DNA from: Chitinivibrionales bacterium
Lineage (GTDB): Bacteria; Fibrobacterota; Chitinivibrionia; Chitinivibrionales; WJKA01
Length of the DNA: 61,775 nucleotides
Direction of reading: 5' to 3'
NCBI GenBank assembly: GCA_038247415.1
Contig: JBBRUX010000024.1
Location: 1 to 61,775 of the forward strand
Within the stretch, counting starts at the first letter, position 1. The number at the start of each line of letters is the position of its first letter. Below the pieces are notes generated by a model. It saw only the letters and a program-made list of their open reading frames with translations. It was not told where the DNA came from and made no database searches. This document shows, piece by piece, positions 27,753-37,854 of the stretch. A program made the translations under genes and the position numbers.

Positions 27753-30128
27753 ATGGCAACAAAAGTTGCAGACCGGTATCTCAAAGTAGATCCTTGGAAA
27801 GTTATCGAAGAAGGGTTCGAGCATCCGCGGTCTCGCGTTTCTGAATCCATGTTTTGTCTTGCGAACGAATATATGGGTGTTCGCGGATACTTCGATGAAG
27901 GTTACAGTGGCGACCGCCTTTTAGGCTCCTATTTTAATAATTTGTACGAGACAAAAACAGCTGCTCATCCTCAGCATTTTAAAGGTATTGTTACCCGTGA
28001 GTGCTTTGGTGTGAATTCGGTTGATAATTTCTATACGCGCATAACCCTCGATGGGGAAGTGCTCGATCTAGCTAAAGTAAAGTTTTCTGCCTTTTTACGC
28101 ACGCTTAATATGAGCGAAGGTACCATGGAACGTTCATTTGTGTGGACGACAAAAAACGGCAAAAAGGTGAAATGCATCTTTGAACGTTTTTTGAGCATGT
28201 CGGTTCCTTATATGGTATGTCAACGTGTGTCGTTTACAGCACTTAATTTTACCGGTGCGATACAAATCAAATCGGGACTCGACTTTTCTATCATCCATGA
28301 AATTGCTTCGGGTTGGAGCCAGACAAAAGTTGCTTCTTCTACCGAAAATGCAGGGAAAAATTTCTGGACTGTTCCTAAAATGGAGCATGCTGGCGATTCG
28401 GTTTCTGTTATAGGTAAAACTATTAATAGTGGCCATCTGTTGTATTCGAGTTTCCGTATCGATTCGAGCACTCCTATTGCGCCAAAATTTGTTCGGCAAG
28501 AAAAAATTGCCACACTCGATTTTTCGATCAGGCTTGTTAAGGATGTCGAAGCGAGTTTCGACAAAATCATTACAAATTTTTGGGAAAAAAGCGATCAGAT
28601 CGAAAAAGTCTGGTCTAAGGGCGCAGCCATTACCAAGAAAAACGTAAAGGCTACCTTTAAGTCTGCACATGCTCAGCAGAAAGCTTATTGGGTAAAAGCA
28701 TGGGATATGATCGATATGCCTATCGAAGGCGATCCCGAAAATCAGCAGGGTCTTCGATTCTCTCTTTTTAATTTGTACCAGACCTATCATGGTTTTGATG
28801 CAGGTTTAAATGTGCCTTGCAAAGGTTTAACCGCAGAAGTTTACTATGGCGCAATTTTCTGGGATACAGAAACTTATTGTATGCCTTTCTATATGCTTAA
28901 TAATCCTAAAGCTGCGCGCAATCTCATTTTGTATCGGCATAAATATTTGCCTCAGGCAGTTGCACGTGCAAAGGAACTCGATTGCGAAGGTGCTCGTTAC
29001 CCCATGATCACCCTCGATGGCACGGAATCGTGCGCAACATGGCAACATGGCGACTTCGAAATTCATGTGAGCGTTGCTATTTCGTATGCTATTTGGATGT
29101 ACACCCGTACCTGTCAGGATACCGAGCTCCTCTACAAAGAGGGTATCGAGATGCTCCTTCAGATTTCACGTTTTTATGCAAGCTGGGGTGAATACAGCCC
29201 TAAAAACGGCGACTTTTGTTTGTATGGAGTTATGGGTCCCGACGAATATCACATGAATGTAAACAATAACGTTTACACAAATGTTATGGCAAAGAAATCA
29301 TTCGAATTTACCCTCGAAGTTGCTGTTGCAATGCAGAAAAAAGCTCCCGATCTGTGGAAAAAGGTTGCCAAGAAAGTTGCGCTACGTGATGATGAGCTTG
29401 CTAATTGGAAAAAGATGGCTAAGAAAATGCGCATCCCAATGGACGTCAAAACAGGTCTGCTTGAACAACATGACGGCTATTTTGATTTGCCTGAAGTTGA
29501 TGTTAAAAACTTGCCAGAAGACCAGATCCCTATTTATAAAAATTGGTCGTATGTCAGGATTTTCCGCTATAACATGGTTAAGCAGCCCGATTCGCTTCTC
29601 TTGCATTTGTTTTATAGCAAAGATTATCCAATCGAGCAGAAAAAGATCAACTACGATTATTATGAAGCAAGAACCATTCACGAATCTTCTCTTTCGCCTG
29701 GCATACACTCTATTTTGGCTGCCGAACTGGGTATGAAAAAAGAAGCTGATGAGTTCTTCCAGTATATGACTCGTTTAGATCTTGATAACTATAACAAGAA
29801 TACCGACCAAGGTCTTCATGTTACCTCTATGTCGGGTGCATATTTGAATATTCTTTACGGATACGGTGGCTTCCGTTCAGATTATGACAAGTTGTTTTTT
29901 GCACCTTCGATCCCTGCTCATTGGAAATCGCTGAGCTTTAAAATGATGTATCGTGGTAGTGTTCTTAAAATTACCATCGATCAGAAAAATGTGACCTTCG
30001 AAGTTGTCTCTGGTAAATTGTTTGATATCCTTGTGTACGGCGAAAAAGTTGTAGTTTCTGATAAGCCCACAGTTATCAAATTGATCCCACTCGGTGTTAA
30101 GACTGCAAAAATCGCAAAAAAGAAGTAA
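27753..30128 (+). CDS. Glycoside hydrolase family 65 (alpha-glucoside phosphorylase)
   Basis: ESMFCLANEYMGVRG, KGLTAEVYYG.IFWDTE, GPDEYH, KQPD and HESSLS. Confidence 0.92.
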   Translation: MATKVADRYLKVDPWKVIEEGFEHPRSRVSESMFCLANEYMGVRGYFDEGYSGDRLLGSYFNNLYETKTAAHPQHFKGIVTRECFGVNSVDNFYTRITLDGEVLDLAKVKFSAFLRTLNMSEGTMERSFVWTTKNGKKVKCIFERFLSMSVPYMVCQRVSFTALNFTGAIQIKSGLDFSIIHEIASGWSQTKVASSTENAGKNFWTVPKMEHAGDSVSVIGKTINSGHLLYSSFRIDSSTPIAPKFVRQEKIATLDFSIRLVKDVEASFDKIITNFWEKSDQIEKVWSKGAAITKKNVKATFKSAHAQQKAYWVKAWDMIDMPIEGDPENQQGLRFSLFNLYQTYHGFDAGLNVPCKGLTAEVYYGAIFWDTETYCMPFYMLNNPKAARNLILYRHKYLPQAVARAKELDCEGARYPMITLDGTESCATWQHGDFEIHVSVAISYAIWMYTRTCQDTELLYKEGIEMLLQISRFYASWGEYSPKNGDFCLYGVMGPDEYHMNVNNNVYTNVMAKKSFEFTLEVAVAMQKKAPDLWKKVAKKVALRDDELANWKKMAKKMRIPMDVKTGLLEQHDGYFDLPEVDVKNLPEDQIPIYKNWSYVRIFRYNMVKQPDSLLLHLFYSKDYPIEQKKINYDYYEARTIHESSLSPGIHSILAAELGMKKEADEFFQYMTRLDLDNYNKNTDQGLHVTSMSGAYLNILYGYGGFRSDYDKLFFAPSIPAHWKSLSFKMMYRGSVLKITIDQKNVTFEVVSGKLFDILVYGEKVVVSDKPTVIKLIPLGVKTAKIAKKK

Positions 30129-30151
30129 TTCTTAACGATTTTTAAGAGTCT

Positions 30152-30188
30152 AAAGGGGCAGATGTAGCAAACATCTGCCCCTTTTTTT
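30152..30188 (+). terminator. Intrinsic terminator
   Basis: AAAGGGGCAGATGT-AGCAA-ACATCTGCCCC-TTTTTTT. Confidence 0.88.
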
Positions 30189-30322
30189 AGAAGCTATTCC
30201 CGATTTTGGGGTTGTTTTAAATTGTGGTAGTTGCAGTGAAAGAGTATTTTTTTACTTTGTACAATATTAAACTTGCAAGAAACTAATTCTCTATTTAATA
30301 ACGTTTTTGCAGAGGAGCATGC

Positions 30323-31651
30323 ATGTTTGGATGTCATTTAGGACGGCTTTTTCAGGTGTCGGTGGCGGGCGGATCGTATCAAGAAGGTTTAACCGCGGTT
30401 GTTCAAGGTGCGCCATCTGGAATGATTTTAACAGAACAAGAATTGTATGGGGATTTGTTGCTTCGTAAGCCCGGTGCAGACGAACTCTCTTCGCCTCGTA
30501 AAGAACCAGACCTACCCATTATCTTTACAGGCCTTAACCCCGATGATACTATCGAGAATGCCGGAAATAAAAATCATACCAATGGGACGCCAATTTCTAT
30601 TCTCATTCCAAACCTCGATCGTCATTTTATTCATGTAAAGCAATATCAAGATACCAATAGAACCCCTCGGCCCGGGCATGCATCGTATGCTTCTTTTGTT
30701 AAATATGGTCCCGATGACGATGCTGTGGGAGCTGGTATTTTCTCGGGTCGATATACATCCACTATTGTTGCTGCTGGCTATATTGCCAAAAAAATACTAG
30801 GTCGTCTCGGAATACGCGTTTTCTCGTATGTTAAGGAAGCTGCCGGCGTTTCCTGTGGTGAACTCGACTACGAAAAGGCCTTTTTGTCTACCGAAAATTA
30901 TAAAAAAATGCGGCAAGATTACGATCCTTTTTATCAACAAGTATATGTTAACAAACGCGTGACCATGGATATGCGTTTTTTAGAGAAAGCGGCAGTTTTT
31001 GCTCAAATCGAACAAGAAATCGATGCAATTCGCGATACAACGCCAATTTTTAACCCCAAAGCTATTGCAGAAAAATATGGTGTTCATCATATTGTAAATT
31101 GCCCAGATAGTGTTGCTGCACAGGCCATGGTTGATGCTGTCAATAAAATTTCTGCAACCGGAGATTCTGCTGGCGGTCTTATTGAGGTTGTTGCACTAGG
31201 TTGCCCTGCAGGACTTGGTGAACCGGTTTTTGACAAACTCGATGCAGAATTAGGCCGAATGCTCGGTATTGGAGCAATTAAAAGTGTAGAAGTTGGAGCG
31301 GGAATTAAAGTTAAAGATATGACCGGGTATCAATCGAACGACAGAATGCACTCCGAGAATGGCAAAGTGATATTTGAAGGCAATAGCGCAGGTGGTATCA
31401 CAGGCGGACTAGCCACAGGACAGCCAATCGTTGTACGCATGGCCGTTAAACCAACGCCAACAATCGATAAACGACAAAATACGATTGATAAATACACCTT
31501 AGAGAACAAAGACCTTGCAGCAATCACGCGCCGTGACCCAACTATTGTTGCACGCGTGTGGCCCGTTGCAGAAAATTACACTGCACTTGTATTGCTGGAT
31601 AACCTTATTGCGCATTTTGGCTATCAAAAAATGCGGGAGATCAAATGGTAA
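30323..31651 (+). CDS. aroC: Chorismate synthase (atypical)
   Basis: SPRKEPD, TNGTPI, PRPGHA, GDSAGG, PAGLGEPVFDKLDA, GGITGGLATG, KPTPTI; altered N-terminal motif and an internal insertion. Confidence 0.82.
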   Translation: MFGCHLGRLFQVSVAGGSYQEGLTAVVQGAPSGMILTEQELYGDLLLRKPGADELSSPRKEPDLPIIFTGLNPDDTIENAGNKNHTNGTPISILIPNLDRHFIHVKQYQDTNRTPRPGHASYASFVKYGPDDDAVGAGIFSGRYTSTIVAAGYIAKKILGRLGIRVFSYVKEAAGVSCGELDYEKAFLSTENYKKMRQDYDPFYQQVYVNKRVTMDMRFLEKAAVFAQIEQEIDAIRDTTPIFNPKAIAEKYGVHHIVNCPDSVAAQAMVDAVNKISATGDSAGGLIEVVALGCPAGLGEPVFDKLDAELGRMLGIGAIKSVEVGAGIKVKDMTGYQSNDRMHSENGKVIFEGNSAGGITGGLATGQPIVVRMAVKPTPTIDKRQNTIDKYTLENKDLAAITRRDPTIVARVWPVAENYTALVLLDNLIAHFGYQKMREIKW

Positions 31652-33147
31652 AGAAACGAATTGGGCGTTATTGCCTTCTGGCAATTTTCTTGTGGTCTAC
31701 ACTCCTGTGTGCCGCATCGGTTCGATTGGATGTAAAAGCAGATACGTTGCCAAATGGCCTGCGAATACTCATGGTGCCCGATTCAAATCTTTCGGTGGTC
31801 TCGTGCCGGCTTTATTATTTTGTTGGTTCTATGTATGAGGGAGCCACGCTCTCGGGGCTTTCTCATTTGTATGAGCATATGATGTTTAAAGGTACCAAGC
31901 AGCTTGGTACCACAAATTATCAAAAAGAAATCCCTCTCATGCGTCAGCAGGATTCTCTCGATGCAAAGGTACTTTCTCTAAGGGCTCAAGGAATTGCAGA
32001 TACTGCAAGCATTATTGTAACGCTTAAAGACCAGATTAGCAAATCGCTCGATAAGCAGCGCGCCTATATTAAAAAAGATGAAATTTGGGATTTGTACACG
32101 CGCAATGGGGGTAGCGGATTAAATGCTTGGACTGGTGATGATATGACTGCCTATATTGTCACCTTGCCTGCAAATAAGATCGAGCTTTTTTATGCAATTG
32201 AATCTGAGCGTATGCGCGATCCCATCCTGCGTGAGTTTACGAGCGAGCGAGATGTTGTGCTCGAAGAACGTCGCATGCGTATCGATAATCGCCCCCTTTC
32301 CCGGTACTGGGAACGTCTAAATGCTCTCTTTTATATTGCTCACCCGTATCGCATTCCAACTATAGGATGGGAATCTGATGTTTCCAATACTCCCCGCACT
32401 ATTTTAATTGATCATGTCAAGAAATTTTATACACCCGATAATGCTGTGCTTATTCTTAGTGGTAAATTTGATCCTGTAGTGGCTCGTAAAAAGATACAAG
32501 CGTATTTTGGTTCTATACCTCGCGCCTATATTCCTAAACGTGAAGTAGTGACGCGCGAACCACCTCCCATCGGCGTAACGCGTTTTGCACTCTCCGATGA
32601 TGCTGAACCTCGCCTCGATATGCTATTTCATACTCCGGGGTGGCCTCATACCGACCTTTTTGCCCTCGATATCCTAGAAGGCATTCTTTCGGGGCGAAGT
32701 GGTCGGCTGTATACCCGGCTTGTTGTAAAAGATGGCCTGTGCACCGATGCAAGTGCTGGGAATGCGATTCGTATTGATGATGGCTCCTTTGAAATATGGG
32801 CAACCTTAAAAAAGGGTATCGATCCTGCACAGGTTGAGAAAACAATTCTCGAGGAATTGAAAAAGATATCCCTGGAAAATCCCTCGCAGCGGGAGATGCA
32901 GCGTACTGTCAACGAAATTGCAATGTCGTATGTAACACAACTCACAACTTCCGAAGGGATTTCCGACCGTCTTGCCACATTCGAACGGCTGGGATCTTAT
33001 AAAAGTATGTTTACCTACCCAGACTCAATTGCAGCTGTAAATCCTGGCTCGGTATGCAGGGCTGCAAAAAAATATCTTAACCCACATACTATGACAATTG
33101 GCGTGGTCACCGAAAAACCGATACCCAAAGAAGGCACTAAACCATGA
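31645..33147 (+). CDS. M16 family zinc peptidase, catalytic subunit
   Basis: Signal peptide; HLYEH (HxxEH) motif, NAWT, ERDVVLEERR. Confidence 0.92.
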   Translation: MVKKRIGRYCLLAIFLWSTLLCAASVRLDVKADTLPNGLRILMVPDSNLSVVSCRLYYFVGSMYEGATLSGLSHLYEHMMFKGTKQLGTTNYQKEIPLMRQQDSLDAKVLSLRAQGIADTASIIVTLKDQISKSLDKQRAYIKKDEIWDLYTRNGGSGLNAWTGDDMTAYIVTLPANKIELFYAIESERMRDPILREFTSERDVVLEERRMRIDNRPLSRYWERLNALFYIAHPYRIPTIGWESDVSNTPRTILIDHVKKFYTPDNAVLILSGKFDPVVARKKIQAYFGSIPRAYIPKREVVTREPPPIGVTRFALSDDAEPRLDMLFHTPGWPHTDLFALDILEGILSGRSGRLYTRLVVKDGLCTDASAGNAIRIDDGSFEIWATLKKGIDPAQVEKTILEELKKISLENPSQREMQRTVNEIAMSYVTQLTTSEGISDRLATFERLGSYKSMFTYPDSIAAVNPGSVCRAAKKYLNPHTMTIGVVTEKPIPKEGTKP

Positions 33148-34601
33148 ATAAGATTATACCCATAAGGTTTGGGGTCGTAGTAGGTTTACTTGTATCGAGC
33201 ATGGTTCTTGGAAGCCCAGGAAAACATCCGTCAACCATTATCTATCCAAAACTTGATTGGAAAGTCCCGCTTGGAATAGAATATCGCAGGGTACTTAATG
33301 ACAGTATTGTTGCATACATTGCCCGGGATACGTCATTGCCGCTTGTTGCAATTACAGGATATATCAAGTCGGGAACACTGTTTGATCCTCTTGGAAAAGA
33401 AGGGTGTGCATCCTTTGCCGTACATATGATGCGTACAGGTGGAACAAAAAAGTATTCTGCCGATGCGCTCGATGCTCGTCTTGAACAATTTGCCATTAAA
33501 CTAGGTTTGTCTGCTTCGGAATCCCAGGTCGAATTTTCCTGTTCGTTTCTTCCTCAATTTACCGATACCGCTTTAGAAGTTCTTGAACAAGTTCTTGTAT
33601 ATCCTATTTTTGACGTTGAGAAAATTAAGCTTGAAAAAAGCCTTGCTTTAGAGGATATTCAACATCGGTTTGATAATCCAGCACCAATTCTTGATGCTGC
33701 TTTTGATAAGTTTTTATATCCCCGTCAATTGAGTTCTCGTCTGGTTACCGAGAAAAGCCTGACAAAGCTCACGCAAGCAGACTTGATACAATATCATAAA
33801 CAGGTGTTTACTGGTTCCAACATGATTATTGCAGCTTCTGGATCTATCGACACGACGCGCATTAAGCAAGCATTTGGATCATGGTTTATCCCTGGAAAAA
33901 CAAACGCATTCACAAAAAACTTTAGTAATAACCCAAAGCCAGACTATACACTAGTGCTTGTTCATAAGCCCCAAGCAACCCAGACATATGTTCAAATCGG
34001 AATTCCTTTTATCAAGCGCCCCACTAGCGAATACTATCCTATGTCTGTTGGTAATCTCATTTTGGGTGGGGGAGGGTTCAATTCTCGACTGGCAACAAAA
34101 GTACGATCTGACGAAGGTCTTACGTACTCTATCCGATCGGAAGCGGGCTCCAATTATATTTATCCGTCAACAATATCGATTTCCTTTTTTACAAAAAACA
34201 AATCGTTAAGCCGCGCTCTCATGGTCACACTATCCGAAATTAACAAGCTTCTTGCTTCTGGAATTACTGACGATGAACTTGTCTTTGCTAAAAAAACGCT
34301 CCTCGAATCGTTTCCATCTATGTTTCGTTCACCCAATGATATCGTAAAAACATACGCTTGGAACGAATTTTATGGCCGCTCGCCCTATCATTTTAAAACC
34401 TATGAAGACAGCATAAATACTATTTCAAAAAAAGATGTTTCTGCTGTGCTGAGTAAGTATTTGATTCCATCAAAATTTACTTATGTAATTGTTGGCGACA
34501 CCTCAGAAATTTTGAAAAACGATACTCTTGCCGATTTTAAAGTATCAAAATTGGCTCCACGATTTGTAACCATAGCAGATTCTATTCCGTATCTGCCCTA
34601 G
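33144..34601 (+). CDS. M16 family peptidase, non-catalytic subunit
   Basis: No HxxEH; LGGGGFNSRL..VRSDEGLTY motif; ATGA overlap with partner. Confidence 0.9.
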   Translation: MNKIIPIRFGVVVGLLVSSMVLGSPGKHPSTIIYPKLDWKVPLGIEYRRVLNDSIVAYIARDTSLPLVAITGYIKSGTLFDPLGKEGCASFAVHMMRTGGTKKYSADALDARLEQFAIKLGLSASESQVEFSCSFLPQFTDTALEVLEQVLVYPIFDVEKIKLEKSLALEDIQHRFDNPAPILDAAFDKFLYPRQLSSRLVTEKSLTKLTQADLIQYHKQVFTGSNMIIAASGSIDTTRIKQAFGSWFIPGKTNAFTKNFSNNPKPDYTLVLVHKPQATQTYVQIGIPFIKRPTSEYYPMSVGNLILGGGGFNSRLATKVRSDEGLTYSIRSEAGSNYIYPSTISISFFTKNKSLSRALMVTLSEINKLLASGITDDELVFAKKTLLESFPSMFRSPNDIVKTYAWNEFYGRSPYHFKTYEDSINTISKKDVSAVLSKYLIPSKFTYVIVGDTSEILKNDTLADFKVSKLAPRFVTIADSIPYLP

Positions 34602-34614
34602 ATAGGACTTTTTT

Positions 34615-35238
34615 GTGCCCGTAACTATTCTTAAATTTGTATTAGGTCCACTCGAAAACAATTCGTATCTGGTACTAGGAGAAGATTTAACGTGTATTAT
34701 CATTGATCCTGCAATTGGCTCTCAAAAAATGGTCGAGCATATCATTAACGAGAAGCTGACCCCCGTGGCAATTCTTTTGACTCATGGGCATTTTGATCAT
34801 ATCATGGGAATCCCAGCAATACACAAGGCGTTCCCCTCTTTGTCAATTTATGCGTCTCACTTGGAACTTCCTCTCTTAACAAATCCAGAGTACAACGGTT
34901 CTCCAATGCTTGGAAAACCATTTGTGATTGCCGATCCAATTGTTCCTATCACAGAAGGTGATGTTACGATTGGATCGATTACATTCCATGCAATGCCAAT
35001 TCCTGGGCATAGCCCCGGTGGTTTTGCCTATTTGTTTGGTACCCATTGTGTTACAGGCGACTCGCTTTTTGCCGGCTCTATTGGCCGAACCGATTTTCCT
35101 CACTGTGATCAGGATGCACTCATTCATGGTATTAAAACCCATTTGTTGACTCTGCCAGAGGAAACGTCGGTGTTGCCAGGGCACGGCGGGAGAAGTACCA
35201 TCGGCCGCGAAAAACGCCACAATCAATACTTGCAATGA
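34615..35238 (+). CDS. MBL-fold metallo-hydrolase (glyoxalase II-like)
   Basis: THGHFDH, PGHSPG, GDSLF, GRTD, PGHG. Confidence 0.92.
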   Translation: MPVTILKFVLGPLENNSYLVLGEDLTCIIIDPAIGSQKMVEHIINEKLTPVAILLTHGHFDHIMGIPAIHKAFPSLSIYASHLELPLLTNPEYNGSPMLGKPFVIADPIVPITEGDVTIGSITFHAMPIPGHSPGGFAYLFGTHCVTGDSLFAGSIGRTDFPHCDQDALIHGIKTHLLTLPEETSVLPGHGGRSTIGREKRHNQYLQ

Positions 35239-36146
35239 AGGAACTTCCTTACGCAAGCGCGTTTTTTGCCCATTTGCGTTTGGAGCGCACACTATCGCCC
35301 AACACTCTCGAAGCATATCGCTACGATCTTGACCGTATGCGAGCATTTCTAGGACAGCATGCGGTTACAACAATTGGTGATATAACTCCCGATCATCTTA
35401 ATGCATTTTTAGCGATACTTTTTGATATTGGATTTGCTCCAACATCTATTCAACGCACCCTTTCTGCGCTACGAGGCTACTTTGGATTTGTAGCTGCAGA
35501 AGGAGCAATACCAAAAGACCCCACCGAGCTTTTAGCAGGCCCTAAAGCTTCTCGATCGCTTCCAACGGTTCTTTCGGTTGATGATATCGATCGTCTTTTT
35601 GCCGCGATCGATACTAATAAGCGCGGTGGAATACGAGATAGAGCAATGCTTGAAACCATGTACGCAACGGGGATGCGCGTTTCTGAGTGTGCAACATTTA
35701 CTTTTGAGCAATTGCTCAAAGAGGAGCATCTTGTACGAATCACCGGCAAAGGCAGCAAAGAACGTATTGTTCCCATAGGAGAAATTGCGTTGCATTGGAT
35801 AGCGCAGTATTTAGAACATGAAAGACCCCGGTTTGTAACCCCGCTCTCTGATAATACTCTTTTTGTTAATATTCGTGGCGCACAATTAACCCGCATGGGC
35901 ATCTGGAAAATTCTGAGAAAATATTGTGTTCTTGCAGGTATTTCTTTAGAAACTTCTCCACACACCTTGCGTCATTCGTTTGCCACCCATTTGCTTGAGG
36001 GTGGAGCAGATTTACGCATTGTGCAAGAGATGCTTGGACATACAAACATTGTTACCACCGAAATTTACACGCATGTAGATAGAGAATATCTCATGGAAGT
36101 TCACAGGTCATTTCATCCACGGTCGCAACGTAATGTCAAAAGCTGA
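35235..36146 (+). CDS. xerD: Site-specific tyrosine recombinase XerD
   Basis: LSPNTLEAY, RDRAMLETMYATGMRVSE, GKGSKER, SPHTLRHSFATHLLEGGADLR, LGH..I.TTEIYTHV. Confidence 0.92.
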   Translation: MKELPYASAFFAHLRLERTLSPNTLEAYRYDLDRMRAFLGQHAVTTIGDITPDHLNAFLAILFDIGFAPTSIQRTLSALRGYFGFVAAEGAIPKDPTELLAGPKASRSLPTVLSVDDIDRLFAAIDTNKRGGIRDRAMLETMYATGMRVSECATFTFEQLLKEEHLVRITGKGSKERIVPIGEIALHWIAQYLEHERPRFVTPLSDNTLFVNIRGAQLTRMGIWKILRKYCVLAGISLETSPHTLRHSFATHLLEGGADLRIVQEMLGHTNIVTTEIYTHVDREYLMEVHRSFHPRSQRNVKS

Positions 36147-37710
36147 AATAGTACTTGTTCAAATACATTATCACGACCGCGAAGGCGGTGTGGTTTCTGT
36201 TATGCACTATTATGCTGAAGCCTTTAAGGTATTTAATGGTGCTCGGAAAAGCGTTTCTGTAGCATTATGTGCATCACAATCTCCCACTACATCTAAATTG
36301 GCTAAATCATCTTTTGTGCTTGCCACGCAGGCTTTCGATTATACGAGCTTTCGTACAAAAAAAGAGTACACTGCTTCTGTTGCATCTTGTAAGAATACCA
36401 TAAAGGCTACGCTGAGTAAATTTACTGGTGCTAAAATATACGTTGTTGCTCATAACATGACTTTAGGTAAAAACTGCGCAGTATCCGCCGCTTTTGCCCA
36501 ATGTGCACGGGAATTAGCGAGCTCATCGATATGTTTTTTTTCGGTGATTCATGATTTTGCAGAAGAAGGACGATTAGAAATGCTCCGCAATATCCGTTGT
36601 GCGAAGCGGTTTGACTTTTCGATTGAGGAAGATTTATATGCCGCGAATTCGGGTGTCACAACGATTGCTATTAGTAAGCGATCGTATGAAATTTTAAGAA
36701 AAAACGGTTTAAATCCTGTTCTTTTGCCTAATCCAGTTGAAATACCCAATCACACTCCGACACCAATAGCCTCGCGAAGAAAGAAGTTTGAGCAGGAGGT
36801 TGCAAAACTTGCACACGTTGATACTATTAAATTTGACAAATCGAGACCCATTGTTTTATACCCCGTGCGTATTATACGGCGCAAAAATATTGCCGAAGCA
36901 TTTTTATTGACGTGTGTTTTTTGCAATGCAACCTTAATAACAGGGCCTGTTGGTGCATCCCTTCTGGAAGCTGATCTTGTTCACGAGCTGCAAAAGAGAG
37001 CCCGCACGCACAACCTAACCTTTATTCCAAATATCAATCGAATAGGCGAGGGGAGCCCGCTCTTTGGTAAATCAAAACGCCTTTATGCCTACCTCTACGC
37101 ATGCGCAGATGTGTGCATTTCAACGTCGATTGCCGAAGGATTTGGATATGCCTTTTACGAACCATGGGGTTACGGAAAAATGATCGCAGGCAGAAAAACT
37201 CCTTTGGCAGGTGCCGAAGGCGGTCTTGATCTTTCTTATTTGTATACTACCTTGCCGGTACAAGTCTCCCGTGCTACTAAAACAGGTATCCTCAAGGATT
37301 ATATTCGATACAGAGCATTGTGCAATCTTCCAACGGATGATTCCACCAAGCCTGCTAAGTTTGCCAAATCAAACAGCATGGTAGATTTCGGCATGCTTAA
37401 CAATAGTGAAAAACTTGCGGTTATCGATGGTTTTTTAGATTCGAAGGTTAAACCCACAAAGAAGCTATCACCCATAGTTCAAAAGCAACGGGCAATACTC
37501 GCTAGGGAGTGGCCCATCGCAGCGTCGCTTATCGAAAAAAACTGTGCAGCGCTTGAGGCTCATTGTTCACTTTCGACCTTTGGCTCACGCTTAGTGGACA
37601 TTCTCACCAAAAAGAATACACCACGAAGCAAAGTTCCGCCAAATCATGGTGGAATTCTGGAATATTTCGCATCTTTTGAACAATTTAATAGGAATATGAC
37701 GAGCGAATGA
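36133..37710 (+). CDS. Glycosyltransferase, GT4/GT-B-like
   Basis: GGV near N-terminus, HNMTLGKN, HDFAEEGR, YPVRIIRRKNI, SIAEGFGYAFYEPW. Confidence 0.75.
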   Translation: MSKAEIVLVQIHYHDREGGVVSVMHYYAEAFKVFNGARKSVSVALCASQSPTTSKLAKSSFVLATQAFDYTSFRTKKEYTASVASCKNTIKATLSKFTGAKIYVVAHNMTLGKNCAVSAAFAQCARELASSSICFFSVIHDFAEEGRLEMLRNIRCAKRFDFSIEEDLYAANSGVTTIAISKRSYEILRKNGLNPVLLPNPVEIPNHTPTPIASRRKKFEQEVAKLAHVDTIKFDKSRPIVLYPVRIIRRKNIAEAFLLTCVFCNATLITGPVGASLLEADLVHELQKRARTHNLTFIPNINRIGEGSPLFGKSKRLYAYLYACADVCISTSIAEGFGYAFYEPWGYGKMIAGRKTPLAGAEGGLDLSYLYTTLPVQVSRATKTGILKDYIRYRALCNLPTDDSTKPAKFAKSNSMVDFGMLNNSEKLAVIDGFLDSKVKPTKKLSPIVQKQRAILAREWPIAASLIEKNCAALEAHCSLSTFGSRLVDILTKKNTPRSKVPPNHGGILEYFASFEQFNRNMTSE

Positions 37711-37854
37711 AAAAATATTTTCACCAATGTATATTATAGTTCCGCTTACATGAATATAACCAACCAGGTACAGTTGCCCCACTTGGCAATGATCTACAAA
37801 TTTTGATCTCTGTATCTGGATCGTTTTACTGTTACTGATAAAAAGGAGGTTTCT

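Noticed and set aside
35235..36146. Tyrosine recombinase as a phage or integron integrase
   Set aside because: It has canonical XerD motifs and length, sits in a housekeeping operon, lacks the IntI insertion, and has no attC array or phage genes nearby.
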